Notes: generated by a model from the letters alone, not told the origin. DNA of 64,000 bases from the human T2T-CHM13v2.0 reference genome, Homo sapiens (GCF_009914755.1 NC_060938.1), one strand, 5' to 3'. Numbered from the stretch's first letter, positions 28,430 to 45,609 are shown. Numbers and translations: made by a program.

Positions 28430-29020
28430 GCGGGAAACAACTTTCAACGCATGGTTCCCCTTTCCGAGAAGTAACTGCGCAGAATGCGCGAGGACCCTGA
28501 GGGCCGGGAGACAGACGGGAGGGCTGGTGAGAAGCGCAAGGGGCGAGCCCTGGAGCCGCCGAGGGGACTAGGCCGAGCGGGCCCGTCGGGGCCTCTGGGC
28601 GCGGCGGCGGGGTTGGGAGGAGGGCGCGCAGCCGGGAGGAGCTGGGCTGACTCCGCCCCAGGCCAGGAAGTGACTCAAGAAACAGTTTGCGTGCGATGTG
28701 GACAAGAGAGGTCCCCGTTGGGTGAGGAACCCGGGAAGGCCCGCCCAGATTCGGGCCCCCTGCCCTTGTCCCCTGGGCTGGGGGCGCGGGCAAAGCGGGG
28801 GCCTGGCGGGCGCTGAGAGGACCTGAAGCCGGCGCGGGCGGCGGAGGCGGTAGGCGCGCCCCTCCACCGCGCCCGGGAGCGGGGAGCCGGGGCCGCGGTG
28901 CGGAGTAGGCCCGGCCCGGGGTGGCTGCCCCAGTCCGCGGTGGGCGGGCCCGGCCCGGCCCGGCCCCTGGGCCCTGGGCGGTGCTCCTGGCCCGACCGAG
29001 AGGGGCAGCGGACGGCTGGG
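28430..29020. promoter_or_regulatory. CpG island between divergent CBLN3 and KHNYN; probably the KHNYN promoter and non-coding first exon
   Basis: Very GC- and CpG-dense. GC box at 28653, CAGGAAGTGACTCA at 28664-28677, candidate donors near 28722 and 28850. Confidence 0.8.
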
Positions 29021-29415
29021 GGAGGGGTGGGAGTGGCTTGAACCTTGGAAATGGCAGACCAGGGCCCCCAGAGGACAGCCTAGTTCAATCCCCTGCTGAG
29101 GATTCGTCCTTAAGAAGCTTCAGAGTGCCCCAGGAGACTCCTTCTGGCCTCCAGGCCGAGCTGGAGCCCCCCCACCCTTCTTGCTCCGGACTGTGGTCAT
29201 CCTTTTCCAAAGCCCAGACGCCCACTCTCGATAGACAGCCTTGTTTACCGGGACTTCCTCTCCGGAGAGGCCTGCGTGACATACACCCTCCCTACCTCCA
29301 GTGGACTCAGATGCTTGTCACCTCCTGGGGCTGTTTACCAGAGCCTTAACTAGGTGCGACCTGTTGATAGCTGGTGTAGTCCCAGGAACCAGGATTTGGA
29401 TGGAGGGTACAATGA

Positions 29416-29928
<513 letters not shown>

Positions 29929-30171
29929 TGAACAAGTTGGCCCCACCAAGGAATGCACTGTGGGGTGGGAGGCTGGGCCACATTGCTTCCTTTGGGATTA
30001 GGCTGGGGTTCCAGGATGGCTCAATCATGTACCAGCTTTGTGATGGGAGTCTCAGTTTCCTTATCTCTAAAATGGGAATAACATCATGTGGATACTCCAG
30101 ACATCCTGGAGCTCAGGAGCGAGCAAGGAGCCAGGAGGGGTGATCTGGGCCAGTTAGTTTACTTTTCCTGA

Positions 30172-31341
<1,170 letters not shown>

Positions 31342-31344
31342 TGA

Positions 31345-31790
<446 letters not shown>

Positions 31791-33120
31791 TGATATTGAA
31801 GGAGCCCTATGGAAGACTGAGGGAGAGAGAAAAGCTCCTGGTGGTTTACGCTGTTTCTAAGCCTTGGTGGTGGGTAAGGGGCCAGTTATTCCTCTGTGTG
31901 CCTTATGATTGGGTAGGTAAACCTGCCCTGCAGGTGTGATGAGATGAACTGTAGACAACCATGTTTGTCTATTCATCATTCATCAAACAAAATGATACCT
32001 TGTATTTATATAGTGCCTTACTGTCTAGAAAATACTGGTTTAGTGGAAAGGTGGGAAAGCTGGTTACATAAGTAGCTGACAGATGTCTTCTTATAACCTG
32101 AATTTCCAAACATGCAGAGAAATTTCCCTAACATTCTGGAAAAACCAGAGTAAAGGTCAAAATAACAAGTAAAATGGAGAAACACAACGCATGAATAATA
32201 GGACTGTACAAAACATGGTATAATAGAAAGATCACTGGATTTAGAATTGGAAGATCTGAATTTGAGCCTCAAGTAGCACTACTCATTGACTTTGACTGTG
32301 GAACTTTTCTTAGTGAATTAACCTCTTTGTCTCAGGGTCCTCCTCCATTCATTTACCCTCCTTGTGAATATACGAAAAAGATAAGGTATGTGCTTGCCTT
32401 GCTCAAGGTGCTAGGCAAGAGTACAGTGACATTCCATCCTAACTTTGCACAGACCTACTCAAGTGTGGCAGCGGGTATATCTCCAATCTACAGTCGTGGA
32501 GACAGAGGGTCAGAGTGGTTACCTGTCTTAGCAAAGGGGAATTAGACCTCAAAGCTGCCAGATGGTTTGAATGAAAATACAAGGCACACTTCTACCATAG
32601 TCTGCCTAGGTGGTGTGAGAAATGAGCAGATTTTAGAAAGCCAAGTTAAAAAATTTACAAGTTCTTTATTCTCTAGGACATTATACAGTTTTTAAAAATT
32701 AGTTTTTCCAAACCATAGTGATTATATACTTTGTCTTTTCAAACACTTACCTTCTATTCCTTAACAAGTAAATGGTATTCTACAAAAAAGCAGTTTACGT
32801 TCTCCCAGTGTTATTCTATTTATATCTAGATGTCACAGATTACCCAAGATATGGAATCTTCTTTCCACACCTGCATTGAAACAGAATTGAAACTGAAGAT
32901 TGAGTTCGTTTTAATGAATGTTAAAGGCATGTGTCTGCCCAGTTGTGTGGGACCTGGTTGGCAGATAACATAATATAAATTGGGAATTCGCCCAGTAACA
33001 GTGAATAAGCACAGTGGTACACAGCGTAGGCATACGGAATGAATGTTGCTGAACAACATACTGTGTAATGCGATCATAGTAAAATATGCTTAACTGGAAA
33101 ATACCATTTGCATACCATAA

Positions 33121-33432
<312 letters not shown>

Positions 33433-34633
33433 ATAGACATTTGTATGTCATTCCCTTAATTTGTTTCCCAGACAGAAGCTCAGAGCCCGATATCTGTCAC
33501 ACCTAATCCTGACTCCCAGTTCCCCCTATACCACACTATCTTTCAAATACTGACTGCTCACTTAGTACTAGGTGCATGGCCTGCAGGAGGAGGTGGGAAC
33601 ACTGGGAACAAGATCTGATTCTTGACTAGAGAGCCGAAAGAAACCATAAATCAAACACTACAGGAACTCAGAGGGAAGGGAGCCCCATTCTGGCTGGGGT
33701 TTTGTGGGAAAGGAGAGATTTGTGAGTTTTTGTGTTGAGAAGACTGGGATGGGTTGGATCTCTGTTTCTAAATCTGTTAAAAAGACCACCACCCATCACT
33801 TCATGAGTCCTACCCTGTCTTGTGGAATCAGAATTACTGAATGGAGCCCAGGCATTTTTTAAAAAAGTTCCCTTGGTAATTCTGTTCCTTAGCAAGTCTT
33901 GGGAAGTGCCTTCCAGATAGAGGAAATAGTTGGAGAAATATGGAAGTCAGCATAAGACATATGTGGAGAGCAGAGTGTAATCTGATTATTGATTTTAGCT
34001 GGAGTTGAGAGTGGGTTAGGGAATATTGGGAGAGATAAGGCTGTAAGGGTGATTTGAGCTGGCCTGTAGAAGGCCTTAGCTGCCAGGCCTGGGTGTGTGG
34101 ACTTTATTTGGTAAATAAAGGGCAAGTGTGGAAGAGTTTTGTGTAGGTGATAAGCATGCTTTCTTGGGGCAGGGCAGGGGAGACTGGAGGGTGGGTGAGT
34201 GGTCAGAGGCGGGGACCCCCTTGTTAGGAGGTTATGCATAATCTCAGTTGCAATATCTGAATTACTGGGGTGGTAATGGTGGGCCTGGGAAGGAAGGGAG
34301 CAGAGCACAAGGCTTTTCAAAGGAAAGGCATGTTGGATTTGCAAGGGATTGGTTGGGCAGGGTGGAAGACAGAGCTAGATCTTACTGTTTACTAACGAGG
34401 CACAAAGTGTTGGGTGAAGGACTATGGTTGGCAGATAGGATGCTACTGGGAGACCACCTTGGATTCATCTTTGTTTCCTCTCTAGGCCATGGCACTTGCA
34501 TCTAGTCAGTTGCCTGTAGCTGGGTCAAGGTGAGGTAGGGGGCCAGATCTCCATCACCAGAAGTGGCCTATGGGAGACAGTAAAACTTCTGGGGTTGGGG
34601 CCTTGGAGAGTCCCAAATGGTTGCTGTGGTTTT

Positions 34634-34910
<277 letters not shown>

Positions 34911-35073
34911 TGAGGGAGCCCTCCCGCTGAGAACTGGGCACAGATGCAGATGTTTTTCTAAAGCCAGCTCTGCTCTGGCCATGGGGTGAAAACTCTGGGA
35001 AGGAGGTGAAGTTTTCTTGAAGGATGGAGCCAGCAGCTTCTGGTGATACTGGTCTCAGTTGTCTGGGAGGTAG

Positions 35074-35220
<147 letters not shown>

Positions 35221-35709
35221 TAATCAATCCCCTAGACTACTTACAGGCAGCCCCCACCCCTGGCCCTCTCTCAGCAGGCCCAGAGACTTGGGTGGAAGTG
35301 TGACCTCAGTTTGGGCCAGCTTAATTTTGCAGTGGTTTGAGTTGCATTGGCCTTGGCCTTTATAAGCTTCCCAGGGGATCCTGACATAGAACCTCCTTGC
35401 TGGGAGGGAAACACCTGCTTCCTGTTTCTCTTAATCAGCATGTTTGATGGAGTTATTTGGAAAATGGTTGCTTATACTGACAGCCAGTTGTATTCAGCAT
35501 GCCTTCTGCTGACCATTACATAAGTGATTCATTTAGGACTAGAACTAGATCATAATAGTGGCAGAGTTCACCCTGTTTCTAAAAGAACGGCCCATCTTCC
35601 CTTCAGAAGTGGGTTGATACTGCCACTCAGTGGTCAGCTTCAGGAACTTCAGGATTTCTCCCCCAAAGCCAGGAATAGGCAGGACAATTACGAGAGGGGT
35701 GCCCACTAA

Positions 35710-36015
<306 letters not shown>

Positions 36016-38507
36016 GCCTCACCTGCTTGAGTGGCTGCCGCCCTGTCAGCTCCAGCCGCCTCCAGCTCAGCCCTTTCTGTGAGAGTCCCTCTGCTGCTCA
36101 CTCTGATCCAGAGGCACCCTGAGTTGGTGCTTTGGATCAGGGAAGCCACTTTGGGACAGGTCCATAAAGTGAACTGATCTTACCGAGTCAGGACCTCAGC
36201 CAGCTCTCAAGAGGTTCTGCTCAGCCTTAACTTCTCAACTTTGCCTTAGCACAGGGTTTCTGTAGGGAGTGGGGGCTGCTAGAGGGGATTAGTTCCGGAG
36301 ACTGAGACTGTTGGCTCCACCTCCAAGCTGAGCTAGGGTGGAGGGCAGGGTGGGCAGGAAGTGACAGGAAGTTAAGCTGTTCCTCTCCCTGGCTGCTGCT
36401 CTGGATGGCCAGAGAACAAGATGCTCCCTTGCTGAGCTCCTGGGAGCGTGGAAGGAGATGCTAGGCCCTGGCACAGTGTTATGTGGACTGGGCCACGATA
36501 GGGTGGAGTGAGCTAGTGAAGAAGGCAGAGGGAGACTTGGCTTCTGGTCTCAGCTATGCCTGTTTTGTGACCTTGATTGAGTTGCTTGGGCTTTACTTCT
36601 GCCTACAAATCAGGGGTAAAAATACCTGTTGGGAGGAGAAATGAGAACATAGAGGAAAGCCTCTTGGAGGAAAGGTGCTTGGACCAAGTCTCAGGTGTGT
36701 CTGCCTGTGGCTGCACAGGCTCTCTAACCGAAACCTCACTTTCAGAGAGATGTGGGTCCTTTGTCTCCAGGATCCACACCCTAGATTTTAACACTGCATT
36801 CTCACTATAACATGCCCTATAATGGCTGCATCCCTTTTGAGCAACCTCCAAAATCTACATTTACACAGTAGGTAAATTAGGGATGACTGCATTATCAAAA
36901 TACTCTCAGGGTTCCTATAAATGGCAGCTCTCCTGTTGTATTCAGGTGTTGTTTACAGACTAACAAATGTGTTGGCAAATCCCTGGTTAGATGCACTTCC
37001 TGGTGTTGAGATGAACACGTCGATTTTTCACCAATCGATGAAGCCATGCTCTGCAATGACAATATTAATGTGATCCGACCCTAACATTTTCTCTATGGAA
37101 GACGTATGTTGCATAAAGCAAGGCACACTTCTGCTTTATGTGTGTGTGTATGGGGATGGGAGGACTTAACGGAAGTTGAACCAGTTGGTTCTAGATGAAC
37201 CAATTATCTGGAAAATGAAAGAACCAGAGTTGGAAGGCACTTGACTGGCCACCAGACCAACTCTGCTGTTACTGACATGCTTTCTTCACCCTGATTCCTA
37301 GAGGTCATTGCCCTGGATCTGCTTGAAGTCCTCCTGTGCCAGGGAATTTACTATCTCCAGGGTAGCACATTCCCTGTGTAGATGGTATTAATCAGTACTC
37401 CTTACTTTAGTGCAGCCTAAAGTATGCTTTTCTGTTACATCCACCTTTGAGGCTGGTCATACCTCCAGGAACAATACAGAGCCAGTCAACTTCCTGGAAT
37501 CCAAGACCAGATAAAGAAGTAGGACAGGTGCCCCTGGGTTCTGTTCTGTGTGGGCCTGTGGGGAGTCTCTAGACAAGATCTTTTCCAGGCCCTGACTTCT
37601 GCCTCCCTCTGAGTGGCACAGGGAGTTGAATACTGCATGGCGAGTGTAATGATGATGGGGAGGGTCCTTGTGTCCTCACCCCTTCCTTTTTGGTGATTTA
37701 CACCACTGTACCATACTGACCCAGGCTGGGGGCAGGTGTGTTGGAGACAGGCTGGTCAAAGAGGTGACAATGATTAAGAGATAACCCAGTGGTCCCTGAG
37801 AAGAGATTGGTTAGTATGGCCTGAACTGGTGGCTGGGGGAACTGTGTCTGGTCAAGTTATGGCAGATGTCACAGCTTTAGGTAGGTAAAAAGGGTCCTAG
37901 ATGAAAACCTTGGAGTTTTTTTTTTTCCTGATAGGGTTGTTTATACTTCTTGATTGGTTTCTTGCCATTTTCACTTTCAGTGATGGTGGGTGTGCAGTAG
38001 ACCAAAAGTGTCTTCTGCCCTTTTGTGCTAAGGGCCCTGGTTGACTGAGTGGCCCCAGTCAGATGAGAGGCAAGTCCTAAGCTTCTTATAGACAGGGATG
38101 TTGACTTTGTTCTGCTGCAGCCTGATAAACTGGGACCACTGTGTGGTTAGTAATGCACTTGCCATTTGGTGACACAGACTGAAGGCTATCCTACACCTGG
38201 GCCTTACCTCTTCCTCTACTGGCATCCTAATGGCACTCTGACAGCATCCAGGGTGACTACAGGGCCCATTGGAAATGGATCATCATTCTCTCTTCTAGTG
38301 TCTATCTTTATCATAACCTGATGTCCCAAACTTGTGACAAGTTCTTTTGGCAACTGAAGGACCAAGAAGGGAAACGGTGATGAGAGAGACTGCCCATTAT
38401 AACTTTCAAAACCCCGTCTTTGGGGAAGAATCATCTAGGGTGACATTCCTTGAAGTAAATCCCAGGAGAATCTAGGCCAAAGAGATGAGCCAAGGTTAGT
38501 GAGACAA

Positions 38508-38519
38508 TTTATTTTTATT
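38508..38519 (-). terminator. SDR39U1 tandem polyA signals
   Basis: AATAAAAATAAA on the minus strand, about 300 nt after the stop. Confidence 0.75.
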
Positions 38520-38812
38520 GCCTAAACTGCAGAGCATTCTCTACACAGCGTAAAGGAGAAGTGGGGCAGCTGCAGGACATGTAGAGAAACCAAACCGGGA
38601 AATCTTACAAGGAGTTGAAAAGATTAATGTCCCAACCTGATGAGATTACGGCCTTGAGACAATAAGGTGGAGCAACAGAACAATGGGAAAGAGGACTGGG
38701 AGAGGAATCTAAGAACCAGATGGCTTCAGCTCTCTAGAGGAGCTGAGCCTATTCACAGTGCCTAACCTGGAAGCCTGTGAGGAACAGGCCTCAGGCCCTT
38801 GCCATGACCTAC

Positions 38813-39222
38813 TTAGGCTACAATTTCCTTTAAGGCAGCCCCTAGCTCTGGGAAGGAATACTGGTAGCCAGTGGCCAGTGTTCGCCGTGGGATCACCTTC
38901 TGGCCCTCCAGCAGCATGATGGCACGCTGTCGCCCAAAGACAGCTTGCACCACAGCGCTGGGGAGAGGGATGAAGGCTCGGCGGCCCAGGGCAGCACCGA
39001 AGGTCTGGGCAAACTCAGCATTAGTGGCGGAGGATGGAGCCACTCCATTCAGGACCCCGTGCACGTGGTTTGCTTCAAGGGCATGGGTCAGGATTCCTGC
39101 CAGGTCCCCGATGTGTATCCAGGGGAAGAATTGGTGGCCTGAGCCGATGGGGCCCCCCAGGCCCAGGCGAAAGGGCAGCAGCATGTGGCCCATGGCACCA
39201 CCCCCACGGCCCAGCACAACCC
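38813..39222 (-). CDS. SDR39U1: SDR39U1 exon 6 (atypical SDR, YfcH-like epimerase family); protein total 293 aa
   Basis: GVVLG...GGPIGSGHQFFPWIHIGD...GYQYSFPELGAAL; exons sum to 882 nt. Confidence 0.96.
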
Positions 39223-39512
39223 CTAGAGCAGGAAAGAGGGAAGGTACAGGGGTCTTCTCAGCCTTGAAGGAGCCCACTGCTCCTCCTGGTTTCTGTTTCC
39301 CCTTCCTCACTCTCCCCATGCTGACTTGGCTCTGTAACAGAAGTGAGCAGTATGGCTGTCTTTAAGACCTCACACCTTCTCATCTGCAGGTTGGCTAGAA
39401 GTGGTGGCATCCTCTCACTCTGTAATTGTAATCTCAGCTCTCCTAATCCCATCACTTCCCCAGCCCAGAGAAGACATTCCAACCCTGTCTGATACCCAGG
39501 CCCGTTTCTCAC

Positions 39513-39656
39513 CTGAGCGCACCACCACCTGGCGTGTAGAATCTCCAGGAAGCCTGGCTGCAGCTTCCCATTTGGTTACGAGGTTGGAGAAAAAGTCAAA
39601 GTCCCCTCCTGGGCTGTCTTCATCATACTCCGCAGTCAGACTGGGCTGGTAGTAAG
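39513..39656 (-). CDS. SDR39U1: SDR39U1 exon 5
   Basis: YYQPSLTAEYDEDSPGGDFDFFSNLVTKWEAAA...VVVRS. Confidence 0.95.
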
Positions 39657-40405
39657 CTGCCGGTGGAACACAATCATTTGCCCTGGGTGTCCTTGGTCCT
39701 GCCTGGCTCTCTGTAGTGGAGGCTCCCCTTGGCATCACCTTCTCTGGCCCTTAGGATCTCCCCATTTGGAGACAGAGCCATTTGGATATTTTCCCCTTGA
39801 ACTTCTCCATGACCTGAAGCGTTCCTTCCCTGGAGGAACTCTTTGGTTGCAGGGCTAAACTTAGAGGCTGCTAGAGTGTAGTGGTTAAGAACAGGAACTT
39901 GGGTACCAGGCGCCTGAATTTTAATCAGCTCCCTCATTTATTAACTCTCTGACTTGATGCAAGTTACTTAACCTCTCTGTATAGAATTTTCACATCTTTA
40001 AAATGGGAATAATAGTACCTACCTCATAGGGTTGTTGTAAGGAATAAATGATAATAAGCATAAAACACTTCAAATAGTGGCTGGTGTGTATAATTGTTTG
40101 CAATTACTTGGTCCCAAAGGTGACCAGGAACTCTGTTCCTAAAGAACTATGGTGTGAGAAGTAAGGGACTTTGGGATAGGTGGACTTTTCCCTGGCATTG
40201 AGTGATGCCACTCCCCACTGTTTTTTCAGGGTCTCAATTTCTTAGTGAAAGTACACAAAGGTTAGGAGAAACATGCATGGATCAAGGGCCTAGGAAGTCA
40301 TTTTGCCTGGAAAAGACCAGTGCTCTGGTGTGTGCATAGCTACAGAGGTCTGAGTTACCCCGTTCCCCTGGTGAATATAAGGGGCTGGTGATTTGGGGGG
40401 CATAC

Positions 40406-40527
40406 CTACACCTGTGACTAAGACCCAGGCCTTGGGGGGTTGTGGGGCTTTGGTGATGGCTTTAGCCAGCAATTGGGTGGTCTCTAGGCGGCTGCCGAGA
40501 ACCTCTTTTTGGAAGGTTTCATTCCAT
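40406..40527 (-). CDS. SDR39U1: SDR39U1 exon 4
   Basis: WNETFQKEVLGSRLETT...VLVTGV; AG/GT boundaries. Confidence 0.95.
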
Positions 40528-40909
40528 CTGCAGGAGAAACATGGGAAATAAAAAGCCACTAAATACATAAGTGCACATATCCCTCTCTCTGTCTTTTCCT
40601 GGGAGCTATTTCATACCAATTTCTTGTAAAGCCCTGAATTTTGGCTTAAGAGAAACAGTCAACGTCTCCTGTAGAGGGAAAGGGCATTCATTTCTTGGGC
40701 ATCCTGAGTTATACGTGAGGACTTAAGCCAATTGGCTGACTGGGTGGAGGAGCAGGTGGGGGTGGAGGAGTGGAGCAGAATGAGTAGTCTGGGATATCGG
40801 TTTAGTTCGGAATCTGGGAGCTCCATTACCCATAGCTCACAGGTTCTCATCAGTGGGGCACTGTCCTCCCTGTGCTCTAGTGGGTATCAGCTTTAGGGCC
40901 CGGGCTGAC

Positions 40910-40992
40910 CTTCGGAGAGGGTTGAGGATGTTCTCTCCGGCCAGGTTGACGGCGGCATCGCAGCTCGGCAGCCCCGATGCAGCGAGCTCATC
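40910..40992 (-). CDS. SDR39U1: SDR39U1 exon 3
   Basis: DELAASGLPSCDAAVNLAGENILNPLR with the SDR NLAG motif. Confidence 0.95.
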
Positions 40993-41077
40993 CTGTCGGA
41001 GAAAGCACACAGTGCCCCTGCCCCGCCCTGCGCCGCCCAACTCTGCCCTCCCACCCGCTTCCAGAGGATGGACTTAC

Positions 41078-41184
41078 CCACGTGATCCGGCCGGGCCCGG
41101 GCTTTCGGGAGACCAACGTCACTTCGTGGCCTCTGGCATTCAGCAGCTGGGTTAGGGCTGTCCCAATGAAGCCTGTCCCGCCAC
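41078..41184 (-). CDS. SDR39U1: SDR39U1 exon 2
   Basis: atcag|GT GGTGFIGTALTQLLNARGHEVTLVSR...TW|gtaagt. Confidence 0.95.
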
Positions 41185-41485
41185 CTGATCGGAAAATACA
41201 AATTGTTTATATTCCCGTGGAGTTGGGGTGGGGGCGCCTTCCGTCCCCGCTGTGGCACCCTCTTCCGGCGCCATCCCATCTGACACCAGACTTCTCCCCA
41301 CTTATCCCCCTCCTCGCGATGCAGAGGTGACACAGGTCACAGGGATTAGGGAGATTCGGCTTCTCGGGCTAGGAGGCGAAGGCCAGGTTGCCTGTGCACT
41401 AGACAGTGCCCTCCCGGAAGCGGATTCCCAGTCCTCAATCTCCGACTAAGCCCGCCCAGCACTCTCCCTTTCTGCCCTCCCTCAC

Positions 41486-41501
41486 CCACAAGCACACGCA
41501 T
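41486..41501 (-). CDS. SDR39U1: SDR39U1 coding exon 1
   Basis: ATG CGT GTG CTT GTG G|gtgag; joins exon 2 to give the Rossmann motif MRVLVGGGTGFIG. Confidence 0.9.
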
Positions 41502-41730
41502 AGCGACTAGGACCTAACGCGCCTGCGTAAAGTTTAGAGTTTACCTCACCTCAGACGCGACTACGACCTCTCTGCGCATGCCCCTTTCGGGAAGCGCGTT
41601 CCAATCGAGGTCGCAATCCTGTGCGTGACCCTTCTCGGCGACCCGGAAAAACTTGTAAATATAGGCTGGGTGTTTCAATAGCAAGCGAGGTGGGAGGGAT
41701 TAGACCGATGGACCCGGAAAGGGCGGAGGA
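41500..41730. promoter_or_regulatory. SDR39U1 CpG-rich promoter
   Basis: CpG-rich; NRF1-like TGCGCATGC at 41573, ETS CCGGAA at 41643 and 41714, GC box at 41721. Confidence 0.7.
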
Positions 41731-42548
41731 GGGAAGGCTTTAGTGTAGAAAACCAACCAAACCAAACCCAAACCAACAAAACCCTTCACCTAAAACCCGA
41801 AGCTACCCAGACCTCAGAATTTTGGATGTCTATTAAGTTGGCGGGTCAGTAATGCAAGAGAACCCTTCCACCGGTAATCTGGATTTCTTTCCACTCGGCC
41901 AGTTTTTTCTTCTCTCTCTTTCCGCTGGCGCCTTTCTATCAACATTTAAACATTCCAAAGATCCCCCTATATTAAAATAAGCCTTCTCCAGACCTGTTTT
42001 TCCTCCAGCTAATATTCTTTTTTTTTTTTTTTGCCTTCATAGCCAAACTTCCCACAAGTGTGGTTTCCATTTTCTACTTCTTACTTCACTCCTATAGGGT
42101 TTGTGCCTTTATCATTCATTTCCTCACTCTCCAAGAACATAAGTTTCCCATGTGTCACCAAATCTAATCCCTAGTTTTCAGTTAGTTTTCTTGACCTCTC
42201 AGTATCATTGGGCACCTGCTGATTCGTTCCTCCCTTTGAAAATGTTTGGCTTCAGTGAAAGACATTCTCTTCTCGGCTTTCTCCTACCTTTTTTCAGTCT
42301 CTGATGCTTGCTCCACCTCTGCTAAGTTCTTAAAATATTGGTATTCCTCAGAGCTGGATCCTAGGACCTTCTCTTTCCAATCTGCACTTTACCCTAGGCA
42401 TCTATGCCTTGAATTCAGTTACCAGGCTTTAACAGAAGACATCCCAAATCTCCTATGCAACTCGGATCTCTCCTCTGAGCTCCTAACCCCTATAAAAACT
42501 TTTCACTACACATCTCTTCTTGGACGTCTGAAACCCTATTGATTTTAA

Positions 42549-42942
<394 letters not shown>

Positions 42943-43208
42943 CCAAATTTTTTTTACACCAAAATAAACTTGTACTAACTTGTTATATAACATGTCTGAA
43001 CAGGATCTGACGCACTAAGAAGGCTAGACAGTTTGAAAAGAGCCCCTATCAAAGCAACCTGAATTCTGCTAAAATTGAAGCAAGAACAAACATGGAGTTT
43101 CTGGTGAAGAATGATGAAATTGATGCCTTATGAAAAGTTTATGAGGACAATGCCCCAAATAAATCATCAGTCTACAAATGCATAACTCATTTTAAGAAAC
43201 GAGGAGAT

Positions 43209-43497
43209 GGACAAGCATGGTGGCTCATGCCTGTAATCCCAGCACTTTGGGAGGATTATGCACGAGCCTCTCTCAAGCCCAGGAGTTTGAGACCAGCCTG
43301 GGCAACATAGCGAGAACTCATCTCACTAAAAATTTAAAAATTAGCCAAGTGTGGTGGTGCACACCTGTAGTTCCAGCGTCTTGGGAGGCTGAGGCAGGAG
43401 GATTGCTTGAGCCCAGCAGTTCAAGGTTGCAGTGAGCTATGATTGCGCCACCGTGCTGCAGCCTGGGTAACAGAGTGAGACCCTGTCTCAACAAAAA
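43209..43497 (+). mobile_element. AluJ nested in the mariner
   Basis: Diverged Alu with J features (ggattgcttgagccc); TSD ending in gaggagat. Confidence 0.88.
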
Positions 43498-43784
43498 GGG
43501 GAGGAGATGATGTTGAAGATATAGATAGTGGCAGACTATCCACATCACTTTGTGAGGAAAAAAATTCATCTTGTTTGTGCCCTAATTGAAGAGAACTGAC
43601 AACAGCAGAAACAATAGCCAACACCATAGACATCTCAGTTGGTTCAGTTTACACAATTCTGACTGAAAAGTTACAGTGGAGCAAACTTTCAACTCGATAG
43701 GTAACAAAACTGTTGTACCCAGATCTGCTACAGTTAAGAGCAGAGCTTTCAGTGGAAAGTTTAAACAAGTGGGGTCAAGATCCT

Positions 43785-44152
43785 TGATATGGCTTTGTGA
43801 CCTCACCCAAATCTCATCTTGAATTGTAATCCCCAGCTATTGAGGGAAAGACCTGGTGGGAGGTGATTGGATCATGGGGGCAGTTTCCCCCATGCTGTCC
43901 TCATGATAGTGAGGGTGTTCCCATGAGATCTGATGGTTTTATAAATAGCAGTTTCCTGTGGGCTTTTCACTTACTGTTTTTCCTGCCACCATGTGAAGAA
44001 GGTCTTTGCTTCCCCTTTGCCTTCCACCATGATTATAAGTTTCCTGAGGCCTCCTGGGACATGCGGAATTGTGACTCAATTAAACCTGTTTTCTTTATAA
44101 ATTACCCAGTCCCCAGCAGTTCTTTATAGAAGTGTGAAAACAGACTAATACA
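43785..44152 (+). mobile_element. THE1/MST-type MaLR solo LTR nested in the mariner
   Basis: TGATATGG...CTAATACA termini with 5-bp TSD ATCCT. Confidence 0.9.
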
Positions 44153-45143
44153 ATCCTGAAGCATTTCATCAAAGAATTGTAACAGGAGATGAAACATGGC
44201 TTCACCAGTATGATCCTGAAGAAAAAGCACAATCAAAGCAGTGGCTATCAAGAGGAGGAAGTCAAAGCAAAGCAGACCAGTCAAGAGCAAAGGTAATGGC
44301 AACAGTTTTTTTAGGATACTCAAGGTATTTTCCTTGTTGACTTTGTGGAGGACCAAAGAATGATAACATTAATTTGCCTATTGAGAGTGTTTTGGGAAAG
44401 TTAGCCAAAGCTTTAGCAGAAAAACACCTGAGAAAGCTTCACCAGACAGTTCTTCTCCACCGTGACAATGCTTTTGCTCATGTCTCTCATCATACAAGAA
44501 CAATTTTGTTAGAGTTTCAATGGGAAATCTTTAGGCATCCACCTGATTTGGCTCCTTCTGACTTCTTTTTGTTTCTTAATCTTAAGAAATTCTGTCAAGG
44601 GCACCCAGTTTTCTTCAGTTAATAATGTAAAAAGGACTGTATTGATGTGGTTAAGTCTCCAGGACCCTCAGTTCTTTAGGGTGTACTAAATGGCTGGTGT
44701 CATTTCTTACGAAAGTGTCTTGAAGTTGGTGGAACTTATGTTGAGAAATAAAGTTTATATTTTATATTTTTTAATCTTTTAATTGATTTTTCCACAACAT
44801 TTTGAAATTTCCTCATATTTCCCTCTGTCTCTGCCATCACAATCGTCTTATGAGTTATTCTGTCTTGTGTAAATATCTGCAGTAGTCTCCTAGTAGGTCT
44901 TCCTGCTTTTGCATGTTTCTCCTCTCCAAACTATTTCACACATTGCAAGCTGAGTGATCTTTGAAAACCATATGAGGGGAACATTATAGTGGCACGTATA
45001 GTTTAAAAAACTCCCAGTTTAAAATTCCTGGATATGCTGGATAAAATTAAACATACCTCCATTTAAATGTATTGCCAAGTTAGCTAGAAAAATAAAAAAA
45101 TCCCAGAAGCCAAAAAATGAAATGTGTCTTGGGACTGAGGTTA

Positions 45144-45609
45144 TGACAAAGATTATTTGCTTGGCCAAACTTTAGTCAGGCTTCTGAACCTTCTAGGCTC
45201 ATTTGTACACCTCTTTGTAAAATCCAGTTTTCGCAAAGAGCCTTGCTAAGTCAGTTTAGCAAGAACCCCCTCAACCCTTGATATCTGATCACTCTCAATC
45301 TCTGATCAGGCCCCTCATCCTTCATCCCCTAGGTGATGTCTGATCACCTTGGCCTATCTTCACATGAATCCCGTTAGTTTGGGTTAGCCAGAATCCCTCT
45401 TACCCTTGATATTTTTCTCTTACTAATTTTTCATCCACTGACCCCCACCGTATTCGTTGGCTATAAATTCCCACTTGCCCATGTTGTTTCAGATTTGACC
45501 CCAATCTCTCCCGCTGCAAGACCACATTGTAGTGGTACCTGTACCTATTGTGATGGAAAGTCTTCCTTACCTTACTCTATCAAGTGTCACTGAATAATTT
45601 TCTTTAACA
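45144..45609 (+). mobile_element. ERV1-class solo LTR, MER31-like
   Basis: TG...CA termini and TATA-like ctataaat; family name from memory. Confidence 0.55.
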
